Assembly: GCF_037042905.1 (NCBI RefSeq)
Contig: NC_087251.1
Location: 33,048,001 to 33,112,000, forward strand
From: Lytechinus pictus
Lineage: Eukaryota
Direction: 5' to 3'
Length of the DNA: 64,000 bases
Shown piece by piece: positions 49,916 through 63,073 of this stretch. The position numbers and the translations under genes were made by a program. Position 1 is the first letter of the stretch, and every line of letters starts with the position of its first letter. Under the pieces are notes generated by a model. The model was not told where the DNA came from, made no database searches, and saw only the letters and a list, made by a program, of their open reading frames with translations.

Positions 49916-51507
49916 GATTTTTTTTCAATTCAATTCAATTCAAAATTTATTTCAATCAATCAATTATAAAACTACAGGTATATACGAATTAGATAAAAAC
50001 ATGGGATTGGGAGCCCCTTGAAGTTTTCATTTAAAAACTTGTGGGTGGGGCACCACCATGAAACAATTTAATACAAATAAATATAAGACATACATAAAGA
50101 GTGAACAACAAATAACATTGAAATACAATTTAAAAAAAAAGAGAGAAAACGAAACAATGGGCTTATCTAGGGGAAATAAACAAACAAGCAAAGTAGAAGT
50201 ACTAATTATAAATTATAGTGACCTACAGTGTGCTATTGGCAATAGTTTCTATACTGAGAGAAAAATTCAACTTTCAAAAGTTTTTTGAACTTATTTAGGG
50301 TTTTACTTTGTTTAATATCATTATTTGAATCATTCCACAGCTTGATCATGTTGATTCCTCTACAACGTAGAGAATTTGGGGTAATTTTAATTTTTGGAAG
50401 ATATTGGTGAAGATCTGCTGAATGACGCGTAAAGTATGAATGGTAAGAGGCATTTGTGTTGAAGAGATTATTAAAAATATTTGGCAAGAGATTTGAATGG
50501 TAATTGTACATAAATATATAAGTATACATAAGAGCCAAGTCACAAATTTTCAATATTTTACAATAAAAAAATAACTTGTTTGTGTGACTATTGAAATGTG
50601 CATTACAAACTGTTCTTATTAACCTTTTTTGAATAAGAAATAATCTATGTAAATGTGTTTTGAATCCATTCCCCCATAGCGTACAGCAATAAGTGAGATG
50701 TGGGGTAAAACCAAAGTATTATAAAGTGAAATTAATACATGTCTGGGTAAAATAAACTTCAGTTTGCGGAGGACACCAGTACTTTTTGATAAACGAGTGC
50801 ATAAATCATCAATGTGAGGTTTCCAGGATAGAAATTCATTTATCTTGATACCTAAAAAATTGATATTTGATACCTGGGAAATAATCTTGCCCTCCATAAT
50901 AACTGGAAGAATGTCAGTACCATTTTTTTTTGTTTGTGTTTTAAATAGTACAAATTTAGTTTTTCAAGGTTCAGTGACAGTTTATTGCATTAAAGCCAGA
51001 CAACGGCTTTACGAAGTTCAATATTTATAGTGTTAATGAGAGGAATAATATTTTTGTGAGAAAGAGTAATACTGGTATCATCAGTAAAGAGTATGAAATT
51101 AAGAATTGAGGAACAATTTACAAGGTCATTGATATACAAAAGGAAAAGCAAGGGGCCGAGGACGGACCCTTGCTTGAACGCCGTGTGATACATGACTGAA
51201 AGTTGACTTGACACCGTTGACCACAACATACTGCATGCGATTCGATAAATAATTATCAAACCAATCAAGAGCGAGACCTCATATTCCATAATGTTTCATT
51301 TTTTAAAGAAGTATGTCATGAATTGAATAGAATTACGTGCAGACACTTAATTCCTATTTTTCTGACATTATGATAAGAAAAATGAATCCCTATACCAATT
51401 CTTGTAGGAGAGAGTCGCATGAACTGCTATTCACAAATGCCGTTTTTTAAGTACCCCATTGAAAATAGACTTTCTTGTATGTCTTTGCTTCTATTAAAGA
51501 TTTAAAG
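49916..51507 (-). mobile_element. 5'-truncated CR1-group LINE, decayed
   Basis: QGSVLGPLLFLLYINDL, FTDDT, FLGI.I...LSWKPHI and LWN...FKK.LK motifs. (TTGAA)n tail near 49925. Possible TSD ATTTAAGAAA at 49906-49915 and 51508-51517. Confidence 0.85.
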
Positions 51508-53053
51508 ATTTAAGAAATTAGCCGTGAACGTTTTCAGCTGAATAAACCCATTTTCGGGGGCCCTACGGGCCTATTGTCTGGGCCCCCGTACAGGATAAAG
51601 GTGCTGGCATTGATATTTTTAAAATCCCATTGTATACTGCCTCCTTTGCAAAAGGAATTATTGATGTACATTTTCAGCTGAATAAATTAGTAGTGGGACA
51701 TATGGGCACTTTGGCGCTACTGTCTGGGCCCCATACAGGGTAAAGTTGCTGGCATGGGTAGTTTTGGAAATCCCTATGTATACTGAGTCTATTGCAAAGA
51801 GAATTACTCATGTATGTTTTCACCAACGAACGTAGAGGGCAGCAACATACGACAGTTCGTTGGTTTTCACCTGAATGAATCAGTTGTGGGACATCTGGGC
51901 CCTTTGGGCCTACTGTCTGGGTCCCTGTACAGGGTAAAGTTGCTGGCATTGGTATTTCTGTGAGCCCCAAATCATGCAGATTCAATTTTAAAAAGAATTA
52001 GCCATGTACCTTTTCAGCTGAATAAACCCACTTTCGGGGCCCGCCTACTGTCTGGGCCCCCGTTAAGGATAAATGTGCTGGCATGGGTAGTTTGGGAAAT
52101 CCCAATGTATACTCGGTCCATTGCAAAAAGAATTAGCCATGTACCTTTTCAGCTGAATAAACCAATTTTGGGGGCCCTCTGGGCCTTCCGTACAGGATAT
52201 GGCCCGGCAGCAACACATTCCTTGATCACTGCCTTCATGCCAACATAATGGGACTATCAAACCTTTTGTACCCGATCAACTGAATAAACTCTCCCAGCCC
52301 CCGGTCTATACTGGTCTAGTCAATTTGACTGATTTGTTTTAAGAGAGCACGCATTCTTGGTAAGTAGGTGTGTACTTGTTAAAAAAAATGAAAAGCTACC
52401 CTATTTCTTTTCGATTAAAAAAAATACGTTTAATACTGATCTTTAGTTAAATCCCGCTGCAGATGAGATGAAATTCCGGATGTGCCCCCTCCCTGGATCC
52501 GCCACTGTGTTAATGTTACACAAACACTTACACAAACACAAAGGGACCGTTTCATAAAGAATTACAGATATGGCAACCAAACTTTTACATTATTTCATTT
52601 ACCATAATCTATCATAATCTTCGAGTTAATACATATATTTTCAAATCTATTTTCGATGAAATTAATTTTAGAATTGATATTAAAAAGTGTTTATTAAACA
52701 ATTATAATGTAAATTATTGAAAAGGGTGTTTTGAAATGGATATTAATGCAACCCTTGTAGGATTACAACTTCATTAACATCTGGTTTCATTCATTTCAGT
52801 CATGCCTTACTTTGGCGCAAATCAAAATTTACATCACTAAAAAGAATACCTTCTGCTCATCCAAGCGTTAACACATACTACATGAATATGGTATCAATTT
52901 TTTGGCAGAAGATACTCTTTCCAGTCATATATAATGATTATGCGTTCATGTGTCCACGACATATCTTATCCTTAAATTGGGGGTTTGTGAGGTATCAATT
53001 TTTTTTTACTCACATGGTATTGGAAAACCGTAATGAAACAGGTCCCACAAGTG

Positions 53054-55005
53054 CAATGGCGTAGCTAGGATTTTTTTCCTGGGGGGCACTGGGGGGTCTT
53101 TGCTTTTTCAGGGGGGGGGGGCAACATTTTGTTTCTGTGTCGGTGTATGTGTCACAAGGGCGGATCTGACTTTCGCCAATAGGGGATGGGGCCCAAAATT
53201 ATCTTCACCTATATTTTCCCCGATCAGTCACTTCTTAGCTTTATTCTTATGAAACAACATAATTATAAAATAATCTCATAAGCCCTATATAAAAAAGTTC
53301 GAGCGCGAAGCGCAAGCAAATTTTTTTATCTTTCATGTATTTTGTCCTGAAAATTGAACATTCTGGGCAATGTTTGTGATCCTTAACAAGATGTGTATGT
53401 AACTAGATAATTACTGCGAACGCCAAGCACGAGCAGAAATTTTTAATAAATGTTCTAGCATGATCGGAAAGGGACCTGTTAAGGACTGTTCACAGCTACC
53501 CACGAATGCGATACATATTTCAATAATGGAAGGGGGGAAGCGCGAAGCGCGAGCTAAAACTTTTTGATATTCCGACCTAAAAAATGGAAGTTCTAAGCAC
53601 TTTTTGTAATCATAATGGGATAGGTATGTAACTAAACGATTGATGCGAGCTCGAAGCGCGAACGAAGAAAATTGAGATTTTAGACCTAAAAGGGGGACAC
53701 TCTATTCATATTCTGTAAATCATGAATCGGATATGGTTAATCGGGTATCATTAATAATGCGAGCGTGAAGCGCGAACAGACAATTATTGATATTCTGATC
53801 TAAAACTGGATAATTCAAGCATATTTTGAATAAAGAACATGCAGGCTATCTCAATAAACATGCGTGCGCATGTTTTAGATTTAGCCCTAGAATCTGGGCA
53901 TTCTGAATACATTTTTTTAATCATGAAGATCAATAATGCAAGCGCGAGCTGAAAACGATTGATATTACGATCTGAAAAAGGTCAATTCAAACACTATTTC
54001 AAGTACTGTGAAGGAAAATTGTGAAGTGGATGTGGATCACACTTAATGAATGATGCGAGCGCGAGCTGATATTTTTTTATTTTTTACAAAGGACCGGGAC
54101 ATTCTAAGGACATTCTGTCATCATATGAAAATGATGACTATATCTTCTTATTATTTCTAATCTTGTCGATATTCCATTACGAAAAGACCTAATTTAGTTA
54201 TTAGGAATTCATTTAAATGTTATTTTCTTATTTGTTAATCTAATATGCGTAATGACAGTGTGGAAGTTGTTGTTTTTAAGGCTTGAAAACCAGAAATTTT
54301 AAGTCTTTTGTTATTATGAATACGCATTACAATGGTTTATACATTTTTAACAATTAATGCGAGCGCAAATCGCGAGCTGATTTTTTTTTTAGAAAATGTA
54401 ATAAAAAGGCCTGGGTTTTTTGTTTGCTTAAATAGAATTGATATAGAGTACTCACCAATCAAGATACGAGCGCGCAGCACTAACTTATAGGCCTACGTTT
54501 TGACAGTCACATCTGAAAATGGATATTTTGAGAACTTTATGGAATACACGACTCGAGGACAATATGAACTTTGCAAATCAAATAATGCGACCACGCAGCG
54601 TAAGCTTAAAATGTTGATATGTAGACCATATTAACGGACATTTTACAGAGTGCATTAAATTTGTAAATGGACAAAAATAATGAAAGCTCGATGTCCGAGC
54701 TGAAATATATTTTGTATATTGACTTCAAAACTTGATATTTTAAGCTCCATATCAGCCTATTGGGCAAGATATGAATCTCATCGAACAGGCAATTCGAGCG
54801 CGAAGCGCGAGCGAAAATTTTATTTAGTAACATGAATGATTTTTTTTTTGCAAGTCTCCCCCAACATTATTTTATTCAATCGTCTTCCTCCTCTTATTTT
54901 CCTCTTCTTTTTTTCATTCTGTCTTTCCCCTTCATTTTCTTTTGTTCTTTCTCCCTTTTTTTGAGGGGGGACACCAAATCTCAGGGCCTTGGGGGGGGGG
55001 GGGCA
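53054..55005. mobile_element. Interspersed element built of ~120-bp degenerate units carrying GCGAGCGCGAAGCGCGAGC
   Basis: Starts CAATGGCGTAGCTAGG with G-runs. The motif recurs at ~53300, 53540, 53645, 53758, 53938, 54055, 54358, 54467 and 54795. Confidence 0.65.
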
Positions 55006-55583
55006 AAAGGTTTTACAATCAAGTCATGAACTAACTAACCTTCCGGGCAGGGAACCGTGTAAGCTGGGGCCAGTATTCACCTCTGTACAGACCCCTGTAC
55101 TGGTATTCAAGTTTATACTGTGCTATAGGCCCTTTCCAGTTGGGTTCACCTTAACAATATAAAACTTCAACACCAAATTCTATTTATTCATATTTTGTCT
55201 ATTATATAGCCTACCATCACCGATTCGGTTCGGATGCTGTATTATATGGTAATTTCTAACTATAGGTTTTATAAGCATGAAAATATTGTATGCATGACAT
55301 AGAATCGCACATGTTGTGGTGATCTGAAGTCGGATTACTGCATAGAGAATGATCATTAATCTGGTTTTGCCTATGCGGATGATCGGAATGATCACTAGCA
55401 AAGTTTCCGCCGTGAAGCAACAAAGTATCTCGGAGTCAGACTCCTTTTAAGTTTTTGCAAGATTATTTAGACTAGCGATCCTGAAGAAATCCGGATACGA
55501 GAACCTCGCAGAAAGATTTTATTGGGGAATAAAAAACTACGCTGTAAGAACAAAATCGCACCTTGAAACTTGTCAGAAATGAG

Positions 55584-55779
55584 ATGGAAACCTGTATGAT
55601 TTTCAGGAATTCAAGCGCCCTTAAAACGGTCTTGGCTTTGTTTCTTCAGACGTGTCATTTCTTAGGAACTGTGAAATGCATTGGGGTTTATCTACCGGAC
55701 TTGAAGCGGGCATTAGGACTATCGTCAACTGATATTGGTCTTGCTATTGGATTATTCGAAGCATTTTCATTCGTTCCAG
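55584..55779 (+). CDS. SLC16/monocarboxylate-transporter-like MFS protein, coding exon 1
   Basis: ATG at 55584. Two hydrophobic segments with K.IGVYLPDL...LG.S (MCT TM1-TM2 pattern). Phase-1 donor CAG|GTAAAC. Confidence 0.82.
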
Positions 55780-56187
55780 GTAAACGAAATACGAGTTTGG
55801 TGTAAAATGAAAAAAAAAAGTAAAGGGTGATTCCATGATAGAAAAATCAGCAACTTTCACAACATTTTTCAACCTTATATAAAAAAAACAAGGATTTGCA
55901 CTTGTATTAATATTAAGACATATCAAGGGATAAACTAAAAAAATTAACCCGTACCTACTCTTGTCCGAACGTACTACTTGACTCTTTAAACCATGGCTTA
56001 GACACCAACATTATTTCTGTCAGGCATAATTGAATGAAATATGTCTATTTATAAGTACCAATGGCTTTTTAGACTCCATTTTTGGAAGCCATCTTGGATT
56101 TTTAGGCAAAATGGACAACTGCTTATCATAATTATGAGTCGAAAAATATTACTCGGCCCTTGAAAACATAGTGTAGACACCATCATA

Positions 56188-56840
56188 TAGGGTGGTGCAA
56201 CGAAAGATGACCAGGTGGGTGTATTTTCTACTTTAAGAGCAAATAATACTAAAAAATATCAATAAAATATACATTTTAGTTTAGAAATAACAAAACTTAT
56301 ATTTTCAGTTAAAATGAACTTACCTAGATCTACTGATGAACTGTTACTGCCACATTTCTCAATGGCCTTTAAACAACGACCCCTCCATCTTTCGAGGAGA
56401 TAAGGAAGAATTTCATGCCACCGGGCTTTAACATAGTCCCAGCCAGGAATCTTTTATGTTTTGGACAAAAATTTTCTTATTTGTTGCCAAAGATTTGCAA
56501 TAGACTTTTGAGTCCCTGATTGACCACAGGTTTTCAATTGTGTCTATTCGGGACTATTTCCTGACCAGAAGTTCTTGTCCAAATAGTCAAAAAATACCTG
56601 GGAAATTTAAACCTGGGCATTTAAATGTCATGCAGGAAGTGCTCCTGTACACCAAAATCACACACAAAAAAATCCACTGTTAAATCATAATTTGTTAAAA
56701 CCAAATTCGTTCATACTTTTTTACAAGGAGGCTGCCAATTTGTCTTCCAGAAATAAATATCGTCGAGGATGCCTCTATCTCAGGCTTTAGACTAGATTCT
56801 TAGGTGGTCAAGGGTGGTCATCTTTCGTTGCACCACCCTA
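56188..56840. mobile_element. Tc1/mariner-type MITE with TA TSD
   Basis: TA-TAGGGTGGTGCAACGAAAGATGACCA ... TGGTCATCTTTCGTTGCACCACCCTA-TA, a perfect 26-bp TIR. Confidence 0.85.
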
Positions 56841-57384
56841 TATCTTCCAGGTGTTTTTGTAAATGAATTATTTCATTTTTTCAGTAGCAGCAGTCAATTT
56901 AGACTCCATTTTTGGAAGCCATCATGTTTTTCTTTATATACTGGACCACTGACTGTCCTTTTAACTTGTCCCAATCTAATATTTCACGTTTTGAACTATG
57001 ATTTAGACACCAAAATCACATTTCCTAGGCGTGTATTAAATGAACAGTCGGTTGTTAAGTATCAGCGGCCATTGATTAATTCATACTCCATATTTTGAAG
57101 CCATCTTAAATTTTTGGACATTCTTGACCACTGACTGTCCTTGTAACTTGTCTGAACTACATGACTCTTAAAACAATTTCACATTTTTGGACGCCATCTC
57201 GGATTGTGGAAAATGCTCAAGGAGGAGGATTTATGAGGACTTTTAGTATGTTGTTCTAGACATGTTCCTGGACCTATCCTGAAAATAAAATCAGCTTGTT
57301 ACCAGACAAGTTCATGTTAAAACTGATGCTCTTGGCTTGTATAGGCCCTACAGCGTCCTAGCTTCTTGTGGCAAGAAGTAATTC

Positions 57385-57622
57385 CCTACTTTGCCACTCC
57401 CCACCGAGGTGCTAAATGGGTAACCAGTAGGATGTGTAAGTCATTGTAGCTTGTCCAGCACTGTATGTGCCTCGATGGCGACTGGCTGGAATACTCCCCG
57501 GGGCGTGGAGGATGTGCATACATTGTGTGCAGATATGACTGATGGGATTCGATGACCTGGGTAATAATAAGATATGAACAATGTATTATAAATAACCAGA
57601 TAATGATTGTTATTATCATTAT
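57385..57622 (+). mobile_element. SINE 3' portion (head missing)
   Basis: CTCCCCACCGAGGTGCTAAATGGGTAACC core resembling 44458-44741, GGAATACTCCCCGGGG, and a TATAAAT..(ATT)n-like tail. Confidence 0.6.
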
Positions 57623-59203
57623 ACGAGTTGCTCCAACTGGAATACAGATCTTGACTTTTAACAGTTTACTTTCAAGAAAAAGGGGGTCCGCGTGAGAAAG
57701 AAAAGCATGACTATGAATAATATGATTTTTTTTTCTTTTGTATGAGTGACAATTTAGCTTAAAGATAATGTTGAGTATTTGCTAGATAAAATTGATGTTC
57801 CATAATTCAATTAAAGTAAAATTGAAAAATGAATGAAACATGATTAACAGATTGTCTAATGATCTTCATGACAAAGAGCAACCAAGAAGCCTTGTCGAAA
57901 TGGGTGAATCGGAAAGGCAGTTTCGTACTGGATTCTGGACAAGACACAAGACACCTGGACAAGTTAGTCATATCTTTATCCACCACCCACGGAGTTAGTT
58001 CTAATCTTACTAAACCGGTTTCACGAAAGGTTTCCTAACTAGAATACCTTGATATCGATACTATCGGTAAAAAGGGCAGCCGAGACGTAACCTTAGTCAC
58101 AAAATAGCGTAATTTACAAAAAGAAAAATTATGACAAAATTGCAGATATTGTGATGAATTGGGAAATACATCTTTTCAAAATAATAGCACAGGTAAATTA
58201 TGCAACATACATACTTAGACCATGAAGACTGGAGCATTCAGTTGCTGAGAAAATTATATTATGAATAATTCATTTCGTGACTAAACAATCACATGTGGAC
58301 GTTGAGATGCGGACCCCCGGGTTTACGAAATTAAATTATAATGGTTTTCTTTGTAAAATGATGATAATTATACGGCTTTTTATGATTCCAAAAATCATCA
58401 TAGTTTAATATAAACTTTTAAAATCTTTGATACCGAAACATACGATTTGACAAATTCTATGCATAAATTAGAGATAGAATTTAGCAGAATGTAAATAGGG
58501 GTCTGAAAACAACAAATGCGAGTCCAGTTGTGGATGGCCTGACGTGGTAGAAGAATCTTTATCGATTAAATTATTTTACTATTTCAAAATGAATGGTTTT
58601 GTGGAGTTTTACCAACAGTTTTTTTTTTAGTTTCTTTGTATTACAATTATCATTGAATGCATTATCCCACTTGTTTTGTGATGCAATTTCAACCTCTATG
58701 ATTGATTAAGTAAGATTATAATTTTCAAATTTCTAGTAGTATCCCTAAATTAGACCCCAAAAGAGCCAATCTGGAATAAAATTATTGGAAATGGTTTTTC
58801 AACTGATTTGAGTAGGCATGGGTGTCAACATTTACCAAAAAAGTAAGGTGGAATACGGGGTGGGGAAAGTGTTTTTTCAAGGTCAAAGGTCAATTACATT
58901 TTTCATATATACTGTATAATGGTATCTCTGAGATGAAAAGGCGCAGGTTGGCGATCATGGTGTCAAAATGCACAGATTCTTACAAGATCAAATAAATAAA
59001 ATTAAGTACCTAGAATGCACATTCACCCATAAAATTCAAGTTCAAAGCCTTTCAAAGGTCAATGACCTTTTTACATTATATACAATACTGTATAACAGTA
59101 TCTCTGAGATGAAAAGGCGCAGATTGGTGATCTTGGTGTCAAAACGCACAGATTATCTAATTTTCATTTGTTTCGCTATATTATATATACATATTATATA
59201 TAT

Positions 59204-59305
59204 AAATGTGTGAAGTTATACATGTACAACAGCTTTGGCAACTCTTTTTATTTTTTAAATATTGTAGTTGCCAAAGCTGTTGTACATGTATAACTTCACA
59301 CATTT
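59204..59305. repeat. Perfect 40-bp-arm hairpin next to a TA-rich tract
   Basis: AAATGTGTGAAGTTATACATGTACAACAGCTTTGGCAACT, a 22-nt spacer, then the exact reverse complement. Confidence 0.92.
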
Positions 59306-59485
59306 GTATACTTTCTGCCATACGTGTACTGTATCAAAGCAATAGCTTTGATCCAGCTGAGGCATGGCGGCTTGTCATTGTTCAAAACCCACCTTCACCC
59401 GACAAAGGAAATTATAATTGGTATAGTGTCGAAAATCTGTCTATCTGACGGTCAATCGGATCGGGGTCGCCCTAGCCACTAACCC

Positions 59486-59557
59486 GTCTCTGTGGTCTAG
59501 TGGTTAAGGCACCGGCGTTCAAAGCTGGGGGCCCGGGTTCGATTCCCGGCAGATAAT
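59486..59557 (+). pseudogene. tRNA-like cloverleaf (Glu-like body, TCA in anticodon position) followed by T7
   Basis: D stem GTCT/AGGC, anticodon stem CCGGC/GCTGG with loop GTTCAAA, T stem CCGGG/CCCGG with loop TTCGATT. Acceptor stem pairs 5 of 7. TTTTTTT at 59557-59563. Confidence 0.55.
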
Positions 59558-59663
59558 TTTTTTCGGCATCACCAATTTTTCCAAAGGGTGGATAGCTCTA
59601 CCATTGTTCTCTTCATTCATTTTTTTACAATATATTCTATATATATATATTCGATTTCTACAG

Positions 59664-59813
59664 GTCCAGTACTTGCGTACTGCTATCGAAGAACCCACGG
59701 CGTGTTCCGGCGATGTCTTCTGGTGACAGGTGCAATATTTGCAGCAGGAGGACTCCTTCTGGTATCCATGGTAACCAATGGTAAAGAATTGGCTGTCTGC
59801 TTATCAGTTTCTG
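59664..59813 (+). CDS. SLC16/MCT-like protein, coding exon 2
   Basis: Acceptor TTTCTACAG|, 150 nt, phase 1-1, GPVLAYCY...RRCLLVTGAIFAAGGLLLVSM...LSVS, donor G|GTATGT. Confidence 0.85.
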
Positions 59814-60478
59814 GTATGTTAATTAACCTATTGACTATATTACATTCTCCAATTTCCATACAGGGGCAACCCGAATTCCAGTAAGCAATCGGTTAATGTC
59901 ATGTTGTATTGTATTGTATTTATTTTCCATTCATAAAAACATGCAAAATACAAGCAAAATACATCAGATATAATTACAAAATAAAATGAATACATATATG
60001 AATGGCTGGATTGCCCATTCAGAGTGGTAATTATTACCACTCTGTTCTGCCTAGGGGTCCAGAACATAATAAAATAGATCAAATTGTATTATAAACATCA
60101 TAAACAACAGAAAAGAACATTGTTAACCAAATATAAAGTAATGAAAACTAGACAATAGACATAAAACAAAATTTAAGTTATGAGTTCAAGCTACAAGCAA
60201 ATGCATCCCCCTCCCGGCAAAACAACGCGTTGCTCAGAGATCAATGTAATTTGAAATCTTAGAGCTCAAAGAAGTAATAAACGTTGTTAAGTTTTTGATA
60301 AATTTCATATATAAAGGTAAGTCGTTATATAGGCGTGAACCTCTCCAAATCGTTGATAGAAAAAGCAATCTAGATATCAGTAATGACACTGACTAATGAA
60401 GATGATGATGATCATCACAATTATAACAATGATGATAATTCTAAATAATGACGAAACACCCTTCTTCTCTCTGCGCAG

Positions 60479-61534
60479 GTCTTGGTTCCAGCATCCTGTC
60501 AATTTCATTGGTAATCATTCTGAGCGATCAGTCTGGAGAGGCCTTTGCAGTATTCTACGGAATTGGTAAATCAGGTTACGCCATCGGAGTGGCTCTAGTT
60601 CCCCCGATCGCAGACTACCTGATGAGGATTTATGGATGGAGAGGGTCCTTGATGATTATTGGAGGTATCGTGGCGCACCTTATACCTTTCGTCTTGATGG
60701 TTGATCTCGACGTAGAGGGCGTCGTACAGAACGATTTTGGGCCCTTCTACACCGACGATGAAGAAATTGAAGACCAATTTGATAGGTCCGTAAAAGAAGC
60801 GCTTATCTCCAGACCAAGTATCCAGGAAAAAACACACAATGACGGGGATAAATCACACGTTGGCGGTATTTACGCTGAAATAAAACCGGCAAATGATGAA
60901 ATCGGATCAGAAAATGAAAATGCAAAATTTAGTGACATCCAAGAGGTAACACCTGAAAAATCAGCTACTGGTAGAAGAATCGCTGGCGTGTCTAACATGC
61001 ATAATATGTTAGAAAAAGGATATAAGCAAAAACGTCGGATTGATTGTTCTAATTTTCATCGAATCTTCACAGACTCCATATACAATCAAGATCGCTGGAT
61101 GATTCTCCTTATGCTGGTCACGCTTGTATTGTATATGGTAGACGCTAGTTGGTTTGCATATCTCATCCCATGTGCGATTGCTCTTGATATTCCTACATCC
61201 CAGGTACTATGCCTTCCTTACTCTGCGGGAGCTGGAATATTCGTAGCCCGAATTTTAGGCGGGTTCCTCGAGAAATCTAAGCTTTTATCTGGCCAATCCT
61301 TGTTTCTTTTCTTTACCTTACTCAACATCTTATCACTTTTGTGGAATATCATCGCTCCAAGATTTGCTTTCATGATTGTGACTTCATTCATCTCGGCATT
61401 CACGATTTCCCAACGAAACCTTCTGTCGTTGGTCATATGTAAGGACAGGGTGCCTACGTCACAATTCCCGATGATTCTGGCTTCTTATGAAATTGTTTGT
61501 GGAATTGGTCTCTTTCTCGGATCCTTGTTATGTG
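60479..61534 (+). CDS. SLC16/MCT-like protein, coding exon 3
   Basis: Acceptor CTTCTCTCTGCGCAG|, 1056 nt open. PPIADYL...YGWRGSLMIIGG motif, a large hydrophilic central loop, then five hydrophobic helices. Donor G|GTAAGA. Confidence 0.92.
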
Positions 61535-62161
61535 GTAAGACCCGCTAAGTCCCAGTATTTTTTAAACAATATTATGCCTTAATAATATCTATCATCTTCA
61601 CCAACAGCGAAAATCATCAGAGGGCATATTGTTCTTGTAATAATTGTCATGATCATAGTGAAAATGATAACAGACCTTCTATCGATAATCATTATACGAA
61701 TAATCTTGTTATTAACGATATATATGATGTATCAATAATATAATTTGGTGATTATAATTATAATTATAATAATAATTGATGTTCGTAACAATATTCGGCA
61801 TCAAAATTATCATCACTAGTTTGACGATTGAGATTTTGTTTAGAACAGCCGAGAAATAAGTGAGGTTTGAAACGGCAACAATGCAATGAAGACAATTAAC
61901 GGAACCTTCCATCGAAGGTTTTTTTTATGTCATCAGTAGCATATTGATGGATATCTAGTGAATCATCACAGGTTTAACTTATTAGAAAAGTTGGGACTGT
62001 CTTCATTTTGGTCTAAAATTCAAATAATCCCAACTCTTTGTGAAACGTGTTCTCAGAAAAAAAAGATCTTGCACTGAACCTTTCCTAGATTCCGTCCGAT
62101 AAAGATGTAGCTTATAGGGACCCGTTTCCTTAAGACTCCCCTTTGCAGTGACTGTGCCATT

Positions 62162-63073
62162 GGGGAGTTTCGCACTGCGACGCAGAACGATTTCAAGAAC
62201 ATAGCGAATGCATTTTTAAATGCCCTTCATGACAAAAAGCAGCCACGAATTCTTTGTGGAAAGTTGTTGGATCAAAACAGCAGCTTCGCCCTGGACTCTG
62301 GACGAATGACATTATTTGCAAGTTTTCGTCAGCTCAGAAGTTAGGACGTAACTGCTGTTTCGTTTCACCAATTTTCGACAAAGACCTCTTAGCCGTTCAT
62401 CGTTATTTGGTGGGCATTTTTCAATACATAATACACCTGAGGCCAGAAGTTTGCATACACCCAGGAAATTCAAAGAAAAGTTGACACTTGCCAAACAACA
62501 TAAAATTTACTGTATCTTATAAAGCATTTTTGCTATCATGATGAATTTTATATCAAACAAAAAAATTAATGAGTATGTCATGACCCTTCATCACACTGCT
62601 TTGCCATCAGGAGCTGAAAAATATTTAGGTGTAATTTTTTTCCCAAAATATCTTCATATAAAAACGTTTCATATTTGTGCTAGTTACCAAATTTCTCAAC
62701 ACAAACATTTCAGATTACACTTTTTATAGAAAATGTAATACAAATCATAGATTTGATATTTATATATTTCTATGAAATGATGTATGAAAATATGATAAAC
62801 AATAGAATACATTTGGCACGAATATTACTTTTTTTTTCTTCAAAGAAAATTCCACCTGAAATATACGTTAATCCCAACGGCATCCCAATCATGTGTAAGA
62901 GCTTAATACGCTCTTTCATTTGATGCCAAATTTGTCATGTTAGTATTTATATTTCTGAAGATTTTTTACATGTTTGGAAAGCGAAAAAAATTCACTGAAT
63001 TCCATGGGTGTAAACTTTTGGCCTCAACTATACTATGTTCTTGAATCCATTCTGCGTCGCGGTGTAAAAACTT
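62162..63073. mobile_element. MITE with ~40-bp imperfect TIRs in intron 3
   Basis: CACTGCGACGCAGAACGATTTCAAGAACATAG ... CTATGTTCTTGAATCCATTCTGCGTCGCGGTG. Confidence 0.65.

Larger units (their letters stand above)
46945..52200. repeat. Diverged ~135-145-bp tandem repeat array split by two LINE insertions
   Basis: TGTCTGGGCCCC(C)GTACAGGATAAAG..GCTGGCAT..CCATTGCAAAAAGAATTAGCCATG units at ~46953, 47084, 47225, 49850 (partial), 51574, 51720, 51914 and 52048. Confidence 0.8.

Noticed and set aside
59486..59557. Selenocysteine tRNA
   Set aside because: It lacks the long variable arm and extended acceptor and D stems of tRNA-Sec.
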